Assembly: GCA_965248265.1 (NCBI GenBank)
Contig: CBDFJF010000002.1
Coordinates: 2,624,001-2,688,000, forward strand
Direction of reading: 5' to 3'
DNA from: Candidatus Latescibacterota bacterium
GTDB taxonomy: Bacteria > Latescibacterota > UBA2968 > UBA8231
DNA: 64,000 bases
Of the stretch, positions 39,503 to 48,238 are shown piece after piece. Within the stretch, counting starts at the first letter, position 1. Each line of letters begins with the position of its first letter. Below the pieces are notes generated by a model. It was not told the origin of the DNA, ran no database searches, and saw nothing but the letters and a program-made list of their open reading frames with translations. A program made the translations under genes and the position numbers.

Positions 39503-41197
39503 ATGAACACAAGAGCCAACGCAGAGCCCGAACTGCTGACAAGGTTGCGCCGATCATTGGAGCAGACGGGTCTGGTTGCTGACCTGGAGTCCCTCGACTC
39601 GCCAGACCAGGTACCAACGGTAACGAACAACCTCGCGCAGACCACCCTTCGATATCTCCTCTCCGTAGACGCCGATGCAGGCGAGCGCATGTCGGACGAG
39701 TTGAGCGGTCTTCTCGGAGCTGACCAGTTCTCACTGCTGATGGAAGATACAGGGTACACGTTTCTGCACGTCGTTCAGTATCTCTACGAGTACTCGAAAC
39801 ATCACGCAAAAATCAGTGAGAGCCAGTATTTCTGTGCTGGCATGGGCCGCGGGGGTGGTGGTATTGAAGTAGCACCGAACGAGGAAGTCTTGAGCTTGAT
39901 TCTTCTGATGATGACGGCCCTACCGGCCGAGGGCGATTCGCACGGTATCAAGAGCTTGTTCGAAACGTTCGGTCCGATCATCCTCGGCAACGTATTTCCC
40001 GTTGGGAAATTCGAATTCGATCACCCATCGGATCGTGCAATGCGCATCACCCTGCGATATTCCGATCCGGAGGCGATGAAGTCGAGTCTACATCCGCTTG
40101 GTCTCAAAGCTGATATCGGGACATTCTTCCTGAATTCGGCTCTGCACATTGAGGGAGTCATTCAGCTGGGTCTGGACATTATCATCAAGGATGCGCCGCG
40201 TTCGGTCACTGTTTCCGGACTGATCGGGGATGGCGATGACGCCGACCGGCAATCGTTACAGGACGCGTGCTCATGCACGTGGGACATTAGCTGGGTGCCT
40301 GAAGTGGGATTAAACAAACTGGGAGAGGCAGATAAAATCCTAGCTCAAGGGCGAACCATATATGAGGCTTTTCTCCGTCGCGACCTCCAATACCATCAAC
40401 AACGCATCGCGAGTCTCGAGCTGCAGGTTCGGTCCCTGGAGCAGCGAGAACAGTACAGAGAGCTCGAGCAGGAATTGCAGACGGCACATACTTTGCAAAT
40501 GGGGTTGATGCCCAAAGAAATTCCCAGCGCACGTGGGATGGATCTGGCCGGCAGATGTCTACCCGCCAATCACGTCGGCGGAGATTTTTTCAAGTTCTTT
40601 CGTCGAACCGAGGGCAGGTTAACTGGTGTCCTGGCAGACGTCAGTGGGCATGCGATGGAGGCGGCTATCCCTTTGTTGGTCTTCAGCGGTATCCTCGAGA
40701 GCCAGATGGAAATGGGTGGCTCCGTCGGCGACATCATCGACCGCCTCAATAAGCTGCTCTGCAGGACACTGACCGGTCGTTCCTTCGTGTGTCTGTTGAT
40801 GGGTGAACTCGATCGCAAAAGGGGGCGACTGACCATATCCAACTGCGGTTGTCCGTATCCCTATCATTTCCGGGCAGCAACGCAGCAGATCTCAGAGATT
40901 GAACTCGATGGATATCCCCTGGGTATCAGTCCAACCGCTACCTTCGGGGTGTTGGAGACTCACGTCGAGCCGGGCGACTGGGTTACATTCTGTTCAGATG
41001 GAATAATCGAAGCTCGCAACAAGGACGATGAGCCCTTCGGTTTCGAGCGGACGGCGGATGTAATAAGCCAGGGATGTATGGCACAGAGTTCCGCATCGGC
41101 ATTGATTGATCATGTTCTACAACAGGTCCTGGATTTCACGGAAGGCGTTCCTCTGGCAGACGATCAGTCGATAGTCGTGTTGCGAGCTCAACAGTAG
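39503..41197 (+). CDS. PP2C-family (SpoIIE/RsbU-type) phosphatase with unknown N-terminal input domain
   Basis: Coiled coil, then ELQTAHTLQMGLMP, PANHVGGDFF, LADVSGH, SDGIIEA, PFGFER, ADDQSIVVLR. Confidence 0.9.
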   Translation: MNTRANAEPELLTRLRRSLEQTGLVADLESLDSPDQVPTVTNNLAQTTLRYLLSVDADAGERMSDELSGLLGADQFSLLMEDTGYTFLHVVQYLYEYSKHHAKISESQYFCAGMGRGGGGIEVAPNEEVLSLILLMMTALPAEGDSHGIKSLFETFGPIILGNVFPVGKFEFDHPSDRAMRITLRYSDPEAMKSSLHPLGLKADIGTFFLNSALHIEGVIQLGLDIIIKDAPRSVTVSGLIGDGDDADRQSLQDACSCTWDISWVPEVGLNKLGEADKILAQGRTIYEAFLRRDLQYHQQRIASLELQVRSLEQREQYRELEQELQTAHTLQMGLMPKEIPSARGMDLAGRCLPANHVGGDFFKFFRRTEGRLTGVLADVSGHAMEAAIPLLVFSGILESQMEMGGSVGDIIDRLNKLLCRTLTGRSFVCLLMGELDRKRGRLTISNCGCPYPYHFRAATQQISEIELDGYPLGISPTATFGVLETHVEPGDWVTFCSDGIIEARNKDDEPFGFERTADVISQGCMAQSSASALIDHVLQQVLDFTEGVPLADDQSIVVLRAQQ

Positions 41198-41289
41198 GTT
41201 TCAGTGCACCGATGCAAGTCCCCACACGGCGTGGTCGCAGGCAATGCCGTCCGTCGGCTCGCAGCGGAGCTTGCCGACTCGGAGCGTTG

Positions 41290-42735
41290 TTAGTGGACGA
41301 ACTGGAAGGCGTAGAGTTTCGCCGATTGACCGATGAAACGCAGCCGCACGTTGCGTCCACGCAGCGATGAGAGATCGCCATCGCCGTTCCAGGTGACGGC
41401 CTGGGCGATGTCGTTGAACATCAGGCGGTCGGCCTCGGCTTTGCTGTAGCCCCACAGCGTATGGCCGCTGGCGTCCAGGACTTCCACGTTGAGCCAGCCG
41501 CGCGAGCTGGCGTCCATGTTCAGCTGCAGACGGTCGCCTTCCAAGACAAAGGGCACGGTCGTCAGCGACGACTCCTCCGCGTCGGCGTCCTGCGATACGA
41601 AGCCGTCGAGGCGGACGCGCAGCCGGCCGGCGCACGGCGGCTCGTCGTGGTCGAGATCGAGATCGTGTCTCGAGGACATACCCGTATAGTAGAAGAACAG
41701 CTCGTCCCCGGCGGCTACGAAGCCGGGTTTCATGTAGAGGGAACGCGAGTCGAACCGACCCGTCACCCCGAGACGGACGAAGGGTTCGAACCAGCGATCG
41801 AAGTGAATGCCGTCGCGGCTGACTGCCAGCTGGATGTCGAGGGTGTCGCTGGTATGGTGATAGGCGGAGGTAAAGATCAGATAGGTGTCCTCCGCAAGAG
41901 GGTACTTGATGGCGGCCGTATTGTACAACCCCCCGCCGGACTGATCCGCGTCTTCGACCAGGCTGAAATCGGGCTCCAGGATCTTCTCTGGCGCCGGGAA
42001 GTTGGCGAAATCCACGCTCTCCGAGCGTGCGATGGCCCGGTAGTCGAACGAGCCGACCTGTCGTCCGCTTTCGTCGACATGAAGATGCTCGTTCCAGCGC
42101 ACGTAGGCGACGTAGCGTTCGAGCCGGTCGTCCCAGAAGGCGACGTTTTGGGTATCCGAGTACCAGGGCATGATTGGCTCGTCGTACAGTGTCCAGTGCA
42201 TACCGTCCGGTGAGTGGGCGCCGTCCAGGCCGTGGTAATTCCAGGTGTCAAGCTTCCCCTGATAGTAGCGGAAGCGGGCACCGCCACAGTTGACGCTCGT
42301 GAACCCCCATGACGATCTCCCGCGGGATATCAGTTTGTAGCGTCTGTCCGGACTGTCATGCGGGTCGGCGAAAACGCCCGCCAGCAATCCCCGAGCGACT
42401 ATGTTGTTCTGTTTGCTGCCCTCGAATTCGAAGAGTTCCAGCTCCGGCTTCTCCCAAGCGATGCCGTCTGCGGACGTGGCGTAACACAGTACCGACCCGT
42501 CGCCGTCGGGATCGCCGGAGTGATACCACATCTCGTGCTCGCTCTTCTCACCTGAGACGATGGATCCGAGATGGACTCCCCCTGTCTCCCACGGCTTGTC
42601 CGCCACGACTACGGGGCTTTCGGTGCGAATGGCGGGATTCATCGTCAAGGTGAAGCCACGCTTGTCGTCGACCAGGGCATCGTCGAAGAGGATCTGTTTC
42701 TGCGTTCCGAATGTGCGTGGCGACTGCGGCTGCAT
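41290..42735 (-). CDS. five-bladed beta-propeller glycoside hydrolase-like protein
   Basis: MWY...CYATSADGIAWEKP, SPDGMHW, DTQNVAFWD, QLAVSRDGIHF, RLDGFVS, C-terminal VRLRF...KLYAFQF. Confidence 0.75.
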   Translation of the reverse strand: MQPQSPRTFGTQKQILFDDALVDDKRGFTLTMNPAIRTESPVVVADKPWETGGVHLGSIVSGEKSEHEMWYHSGDPDGDGSVLCYATSADGIAWEKPELELFEFEGSKQNNIVARGLLAGVFADPHDSPDRRYKLISRGRSSWGFTSVNCGGARFRYYQGKLDTWNYHGLDGAHSPDGMHWTLYDEPIMPWYSDTQNVAFWDDRLERYVAYVRWNEHLHVDESGRQVGSFDYRAIARSESVDFANFPAPEKILEPDFSLVEDADQSGGGLYNTAAIKYPLAEDTYLIFTSAYHHTSDTLDIQLAVSRDGIHFDRWFEPFVRLGVTGRFDSRSLYMKPGFVAAGDELFFYYTGMSSRHDLDLDHDEPPCAGRLRVRLDGFVSQDADAEESSLTTVPFVLEGDRLQLNMDASSRGWLNVEVLDASGHTLWGYSKAEADRLMFNDIAQAVTWNGDGDLSSLRGRNVRLRFIGQSAKLYAFQFVH

Positions 42736-42827
42736 TCCGGCTACCCCTTATCAGTGGGTGATTGGCAACTCACCATACGCTTCCAACTGCCTTCTGCATG
42801 GCGGACGTGGGTCTGCAGAGGCGTCTA

Positions 42828-43556
42828 TCAGTTCCTCTCCAGGAATTCGACTAACAGCTTTGGATTGTTCGTGAGGATACCGTCGACACCACACTCGATC
42901 AGTCGCAACATCTCCGTTTCGTCATCCGCGTAGTACGGATGTACGATCAAGCCCAGCCGGTGTGCCTCCTCACAGAGCTGCGTTGTCGTGATCCTGTTCG
43001 AAGGCTGCAGATTCGAACATCCCATCTGGCTTGCCCGTCGAGCGTAGGTTGCGGATTCGCTCGCAATTTCGAGCAGACAGCGACGAACTCTCGAGTCTGC
43101 GCCGACGGCCAGCCCCATGACACGATCGTCGCCGGCGATGAAGGCGTTGGTATAGAGATCCCGGGCGCGGATTTCCTCGCACACCGAGTTGACGATGGCT
43201 GCACCGTCATCCGGCCCTGGGTAAACGTGGATGTTCAATTCGATTCCCCGTGGCAGAAAATCCAGCACTTGGTGCAGCGTCGGCATCCGCGTTCCCGCGT
43301 ACTCTGCATGACCGGCGCTGGCGTCGAGCTGCGAGACTTCGTCGAAAGATAGCTCCCAGATCTGTCCTGAGCCGTCGGTGGTCCGATCGACGGAGGCGTC
43401 GTGGAGAATCACCATACTGCCATCGCTTGTAGCGCGCACGTCGAACTCGACCATCTCGCAGCCGAGGGAGACCGCCTCTTCAAACGCCGGGATCGTGTTC
43501 TCGGGGAAACTGCTGGAAGCACCGCGATGGGCGCAGACGATGACTGGCTTGTTGAT
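42828..43556 (-). CDS. glycerophosphodiester phosphodiesterase
   Basis: CAHRGASSSFPENT, VEFDVRATSDG, ILHD..VDRTT, GVDGILTN. Likely start at a non-canonical ATC (43556) behind GAGGAG. Confidence 0.85.
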   Translation of the reverse strand: MNKPVIVCAHRGASSSFPENTIPAFEEAVSLGCEMVEFDVRATSDGSMVILHDASVDRTTDGSGQIWELSFDEVSQLDASAGHAEYAGTRMPTLHQVLDFLPRGIELNIHVYPGPDDGAAIVNSVCEEIRARDLYTNAFIAGDDRVMGLAVGADSRVRRCLLEIASESATYARRASQMGCSNLQPSNRITTTQLCEEAHRLGLIVHPYYADDETEMLRLIECGVDGILTNNPKLLVEFLERN

Positions 43557-43569
43557 CGTATCCCGCTCC

Positions 43570-44517
43570 TCAGCGGCCAGGCGCCGGAGGAGCCTTAAGG
43601 TAGTCCTCCTTGAGCCCGCCCCAGGTGTCGCCAGAGATGGCGGTTTCCACGTCAACGGCGTGGATCGCGTTGTGGACGACGACAGTTCTGGATTGGCCGG
43701 GCGGGATGTTCTTGAAGAAGACATAGAGGTGGCTGGTCAGGTACAGCTGCTTGTTAGTGTGCGCTGAATATACATGTTTCATGGTCTCGTTTGGCGTGAA
43801 TGTCGAGGTCAGGGTGAACTGCTTGCCGGGTTCCTCGATGGTAACCGAGCCGCGAAGCTCTTCGATGTGAGACCGGGGAAACACGTCATGCCTGATGAGA
43901 GGGTACTCGTACAACCCCAGGGCAGTTGACTCATGGAAGTAACTCGAGAACTCCTCATCCGGTGTGTGTCGAGCCGTGGAGGTCTCGACCGCAACCACAG
44001 CCCGGTGGTTCATGAAACCCGGAAATCCCACCATTACATAAGGACCGCGCAGCCAGTTTTTGGTGTTGTTGCGAATGACGTAGTGGACGTCGAATTCGGG
44101 GGCCAGGGTGTTGAGATAGTAATCCTGTTTCAGCGTAATTCCTGGCTCGAGCACGTTCGGCTTCTCGAAATTCAGCACGGTCCAGACACCCCTGTCCCTG
44201 ATTACCGGCCGGGGCCAGGGCGTCACCATCACCTTCTCCCTTATTGGATTATCCACCGGTTGCTTGTCTTCGGAGAAAAATTCGAGCCAGAACCACTCCC
44301 AGTCCCCCAACGGAAAAGGCAGAGAGCTGGGCTCGTCCGTGGCCGCAAGATGGGCAAAATCATTGACCTGCCCCTTCGATTTCAGCGAGACGATACCGAA
44401 GGGGGCGTCGAAACGAATCGCCACGTCATACTCGTCAAACGAGAAAGCTAAGGCCGGTTGTCCGTGCGAAGGTTGCAGGGACAGCAGAAAGACCAGTGCG
44501 GCGGTGATTCTCAGCAA
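43570..44517 (-). CDS. secreted hypothetical protein with C-terminal TWGxxK motif
   Basis: Signal peptide, beta-rich body, tail VETAISGDTWGGLKE. Confidence 0.65.
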   Translation of the reverse strand: MLRITAALVFLLSLQPSHGQPALAFSFDEYDVAIRFDAPFGIVSLKSKGQVNDFAHLAATDEPSSLPFPLGDWEWFWLEFFSEDKQPVDNPIREKVMVTPWPRPVIRDRGVWTVLNFEKPNVLEPGITLKQDYYLNTLAPEFDVHYVIRNNTKNWLRGPYVMVGFPGFMNHRAVVAVETSTARHTPDEEFSSYFHESTALGLYEYPLIRHDVFPRSHIEELRGSVTIEEPGKQFTLTSTFTPNETMKHVYSAHTNKQLYLTSHLYVFFKNIPPGQSRTVVVHNAIHAVDVETAISGDTWGGLKEDYLKAPPAPGR

Positions 44518-44720
44518 CTATCCTCGGTTACGGAAAGAGTGCGACCGGCGCAGCACCCCAAACGCCAGTTGATTTGGAAAGGCGTAGCTCATAGAGTTGT
44601 ACCACCGATATACACTGAACTTAGCACCTGATAGGATTCATATCCATGAAGGACGATCCGGGCTGCTCGACATGCCCGGCAAGCCACAACGCCCACAGCT
44701 ACCTCAACGAACGGATTACG

Positions 44721-45599
44721 ATGACCGAATCTAATGAATCGCAACCATTGCGTCTCTTGACAGTTACCGCTCACCCCCACGACGTCACCTACACCCTGGG
44801 CACCTCAGCCCACCACATCGAGCGCGGTGACAGCGTCACGGTCGTGAGCCTCAGCGATGGTGTCACCACACACGACGAGGAACTCGAGGACGAGATGCGT
44901 AAGCCGGCGAGCGAACGTCGGGCGGAGATCCTCGAGCGCCCGAGGGGCGATCAGGCGTCTCGCAAACAGAGCGAGCTCGAAAGAGTCTGCGGCCTGTTCG
45001 GGATCGAGGACGTGCGCGTATTGCCCTTCCCGGATAATCCCCTCGAGCCTTCCTCATCCAAAATACTGAGTGAATTGACGGATATCCTTCACGCAATCCG
45101 TCCACATGTCGTCATCACGCACGCACCCTACAACTATCCGTACAAAAGCATGACGAGTCTGTGGGACAATGATCATTCCCTCGCCGGCCAGCTAGTCGGG
45201 CAAGCTCTGCAGCGCGTGGCTCAACCCGACGCGCGCCGTGAGCGCTCACCGCTCCACCTAGCTCAGATGTACTACATCGGCGTCGAATTCGGCTGGACGG
45301 ACATCGACCTGTTCGTCGACATCTCAGATCAGGTCGCCAGGCGAATAGAAGCCGAGGCCCTCTACGAAACCCAGGGACATACTTCCGAGTTTTCGCGAAA
45401 GCGCATCGAGGCGTTCGCGGGCTATCACGGATGGTTCGGCCACGCGGGGTACGCCGAGCCGTTTATCAGAGACCGTGGACAGACCAGCGACTATTTAACG
45501 GTCACTCCCAACGATCTGAGGTGGGCGGAGCAGACAGGCAGGGAGAATCTCGATCAGATCGGTCAGTTCGCCAGCGGGCGCGACGGCGGTGATGGATGA
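44721..45599 (+). CDS. PIG-L/LmbE family deacetylase
   Basis: LTVTAHPHD, VVSLSDG, IRPHVVITH, DNDH, FVDISD, YETQ, YAEPF. Confidence 0.8.
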   Translation: MTESNESQPLRLLTVTAHPHDVTYTLGTSAHHIERGDSVTVVSLSDGVTTHDEELEDEMRKPASERRAEILERPRGDQASRKQSELERVCGLFGIEDVRVLPFPDNPLEPSSSKILSELTDILHAIRPHVVITHAPYNYPYKSMTSLWDNDHSLAGQLVGQALQRVAQPDARRERSPLHLAQMYYIGVEFGWTDIDLFVDISDQVARRIEAEALYETQGHTSEFSRKRIEAFAGYHGWFGHAGYAEPFIRDRGQTSDYLTVTPNDLRWAEQTGRENLDQIGQFASGRDGGDG

Positions 45600-45648
45600 A
45601 ACCCCCGGGAAATCGCGAGTGAGGTCGCCACCGTCTCACGTGTGTAGT

Positions 45649-47106
45649 TTACCAGCGCATGTTAATGTTCTTCACCCGCGTGTAGCTCAGCAGCTCCTCG
45701 AAGGATTCTTCCTTGCCGATACCGCTCTGCTTCCAGCCACCATAGGGCGCACCGAGATAGCGACCGGCTGAATTGATCCAGACGTAACCGGCTTCCACCT
45801 GTTCGGCCGTCCGCATCGCCATGCTGAAGTCGTTGGTGACGATGGACGCCGTCAGCCCGTACATGACGCCATTTGCGATATCGATCATCTCGTCGAAGTG
45901 GGACCAGCCCATGATCGACATGACGGGACCGAAAATCTCTTCGCTGCCGATACGCATCTGTGGTGTCACGTGGTCAAACACCGTTGGTGCAACGAAGAAG
46001 CCCTTGGTGAGCTCCGGATCGGCAGGTGGACCGCCGCCGGTCAGCAGCTGGGCACCATCTTCGTGCCCGTAGTCGATATACCGCAACACCCTGTCATACT
46101 GCTGCTGCGACACCATCGGCCCCATTTCAGCGCCTTCAAGCCATGGAAAACCGATCGGGATAGCGGACGCGATCCTGATGAGTTCGGCTCTCACCTTGTC
46201 ATGCAGCGATTCATGCACCAGCACCCGGGATGTCGACGAACACGACTGCCCCTGGCGGTTCATGTTCATCGCCTTTACCACCGTGGCCGCAGCTTTCACC
46301 GGGTCTGCGTCAGGAAAAATGATGATCGGGTTCTTGCCGCCGAGCTCCAGCGTGACTTCCTTGAGTCCTTCGGCCGCTTCGCGCGCGATTATCCGCCCGG
46401 TCTCGACCGAGCCCACGAATCCAATGCGGTGCACATCCTTGTGGCGCACCATCGCCGATCCGGTTAAACCGTCCCCGGTGACGATATTGATGACGCCTGG
46501 TGGGAAAATTGGCTGGCACAGCTCGCCGAGTCTCAAACTGGAGAGCGGGGCTTGTTCCGGCCCCTTGATGACCACCGTATTGCCTGCCGCCAGGGCCGAC
46601 GCCGCCTTTTCCGCACAGAAACGGAACGGGTGATTGAAGGGGTTGATCTTGGCGACTACCCCGTAGGGCTGTCGTAAGGTCAGATTGAGATGGCCTGGCT
46701 CGCGCGACATCGTTTCGCCCTTCATCTCCGTGACCAGGCCGGCGAAATAACGGAGCGTGTCGGCTGTCCAGTCCATATCGCCGCGCATACCCGAAACCGC
46801 GTTGCCGCTGTCCACGGCATCCATCAGCGCCAGATGGTCCGCGTTCTCATCGATTGTGTGAGCGAGTCGAATGAGACAATCCGCGCGTTCCGACTGGGGC
46901 AATGCCGACCATGCCGGAAACGCCGCCAGGGCGCTGGCAACTGCGTCGTCGATATCGGCCTCGCTGGCCAGCGGCACCGCTCCCAGCATGTCGCCGTTGG
47001 CGGGGTTGATCGTCGTAATCGTCTTTCCCGAGCTGGCCACGACCCATTCGCCGCCGATGAACAGCCCTTTCGGCTCGAAGCCAAGATCCGGTGTCTTCGC
47101 TGACAT
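45649..47106 (-). CDS. aldehyde dehydrogenase; candidate phosphonoacetaldehyde dehydrogenase
   Basis: INPFNHP, FVGSVETG, LELGGKNP, catalytic GQSCSS, EEIFGPV, PYGGWKQSG; third gene of the phnA operon. Confidence 0.9.
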   Translation of the reverse strand: MSAKTPDLGFEPKGLFIGGEWVVASSGKTITTINPANGDMLGAVPLASEADIDDAVASALAAFPAWSALPQSERADCLIRLAHTIDENADHLALMDAVDSGNAVSGMRGDMDWTADTLRYFAGLVTEMKGETMSREPGHLNLTLRQPYGVVAKINPFNHPFRFCAEKAASALAAGNTVVIKGPEQAPLSSLRLGELCQPIFPPGVINIVTGDGLTGSAMVRHKDVHRIGFVGSVETGRIIAREAAEGLKEVTLELGGKNPIIIFPDADPVKAAATVVKAMNMNRQGQSCSSTSRVLVHESLHDKVRAELIRIASAIPIGFPWLEGAEMGPMVSQQQYDRVLRYIDYGHEDGAQLLTGGGPPADPELTKGFFVAPTVFDHVTPQMRIGSEEIFGPVMSIMGWSHFDEMIDIANGVMYGLTASIVTNDFSMAMRTAEQVEAGYVWINSAGRYLGAPYGGWKQSGIGKEESFEELLSYTRVKNINMRW

Positions 47107-47109
47107 GAA

Positions 47110-48207
47110 TTAGGGTACTATCGCGGCGCGCAGCACCGAGCGTTCGGACGCTCGCCGGAACGCCTCACCGAGATCATCGAGCTTGAATTTCGAATCGACG
47201 ATGTCCTTGAACGGGAAGCGCGCCCGGTTGGCCACGACGAAGTCGAGGGCTTGAATCAGGTGTCGCGGGTGGTAGTTGTGGATGCCCCGCAACGTGATCC
47301 ATTTTTTCACGAAGAGATTGGCATCGACGGTGACATGGGCATCGGGGTTGACGAGGCCGGCAAGCGTGTAACGACCGCCCACACGCAGCATGCCGACTCC
47401 AGCCGTCACTACGGCGGGAACGCCACAGACCTCGATCACGGCATCCACGCCATCGGGCGGCGCGTGTTCGCGCACCTCAGCGACGATGTCATCCTCCTCG
47501 CGGTCCGATATGTCGATGACGACATCGGCACCGAACTTTTTCGCCACCTCGAGCCGATCCGCGACCGCGTCGAGGCCGATGACGAGGCGCGCACCACGGG
47601 TCTTCGCCATCGCGCATCCGTAGAGCCCCAACAGTCCGAGCCCCTGGATCGCGACGACATCGCCCATCTGAATCTGCGTCGCCTCGGTTACGCAAACCAT
47701 GGTCGAAACACCACAATTGATCGGCGTCGCCTCTTCGTCACTCAGCTCGTCGGGGAGTTTCAAGATGCCGGTGCCGGGCACCACGTAGCAATACTCAGCA
47801 AACCCGCCTAGAAAGTGTGGATCTTCATCTACTAGATCATGGCCATATTTTCTGACGCCCTGCGACTTTTGTGGCATGTCGTGGACGTCGCGGTAGTAAG
47901 ACTCGCCGTGATGGAAATATTCCGTCCATGTGATCCGGTCACCGACGGCGAGCGCATCACCCCGCATGTCGCGCTCGATGTCAGCCCCGAGTTGATCGAT
48001 GACGCCGATGATCTCGTGTCCGAGGATCCCCGGGCACGGGTTGGGCCTGTGCCCGTGATACGAATGGATATCGGACCGGCAGATCGTCGACATCGAGACC
48101 CGGACCAATACTTCGTCGGGGTGCACATCCCGCAGAGGATAGTCCCTGATGACGAAGGGAGTGTTCGGGGCATCGTAGACGGCGGCGCGCGCGGTACGTG
48201 GCGACAT
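47110..48207 (-). CDS. Zn-dependent alcohol dehydrogenase (MDR), phosphonate-catabolism-associated type
   Basis: ICRSD, GHE..G, GLGLLG, RGIHNY..RHL; structural-zinc cysteines absent; lies between phnA and the ALDH. Confidence 0.85.
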   Translation of the reverse strand: MSPRTARAAVYDAPNTPFVIRDYPLRDVHPDEVLVRVSMSTICRSDIHSYHGHRPNPCPGILGHEIIGVIDQLGADIERDMRGDALAVGDRITWTEYFHHGESYYRDVHDMPQKSQGVRKYGHDLVDEDPHFLGGFAEYCYVVPGTGILKLPDELSDEEATPINCGVSTMVCVTEATQIQMGDVVAIQGLGLLGLYGCAMAKTRGARLVIGLDAVADRLEVAKKFGADVVIDISDREEDDIVAEVREHAPPDGVDAVIEVCGVPAVVTAGVGMLRVGGRYTLAGLVNPDAHVTVDANLFVKKWITLRGIHNYHPRHLIQALDFVVANRARFPFKDIVDSKFKLDDLGEAFRRASERSVLRAAIVP

Positions 48208-48238
48208 GAGTCAATCCTGATCTGTTTGTGCGGTGCCC

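Noticed and set aside
41185-41295. GC-rich imperfect palindromes between convergent genes, considered as attC or REP
   Set aside because: Ends are not complementary as attC requires and no second copy was found; more likely a terminator-like region.
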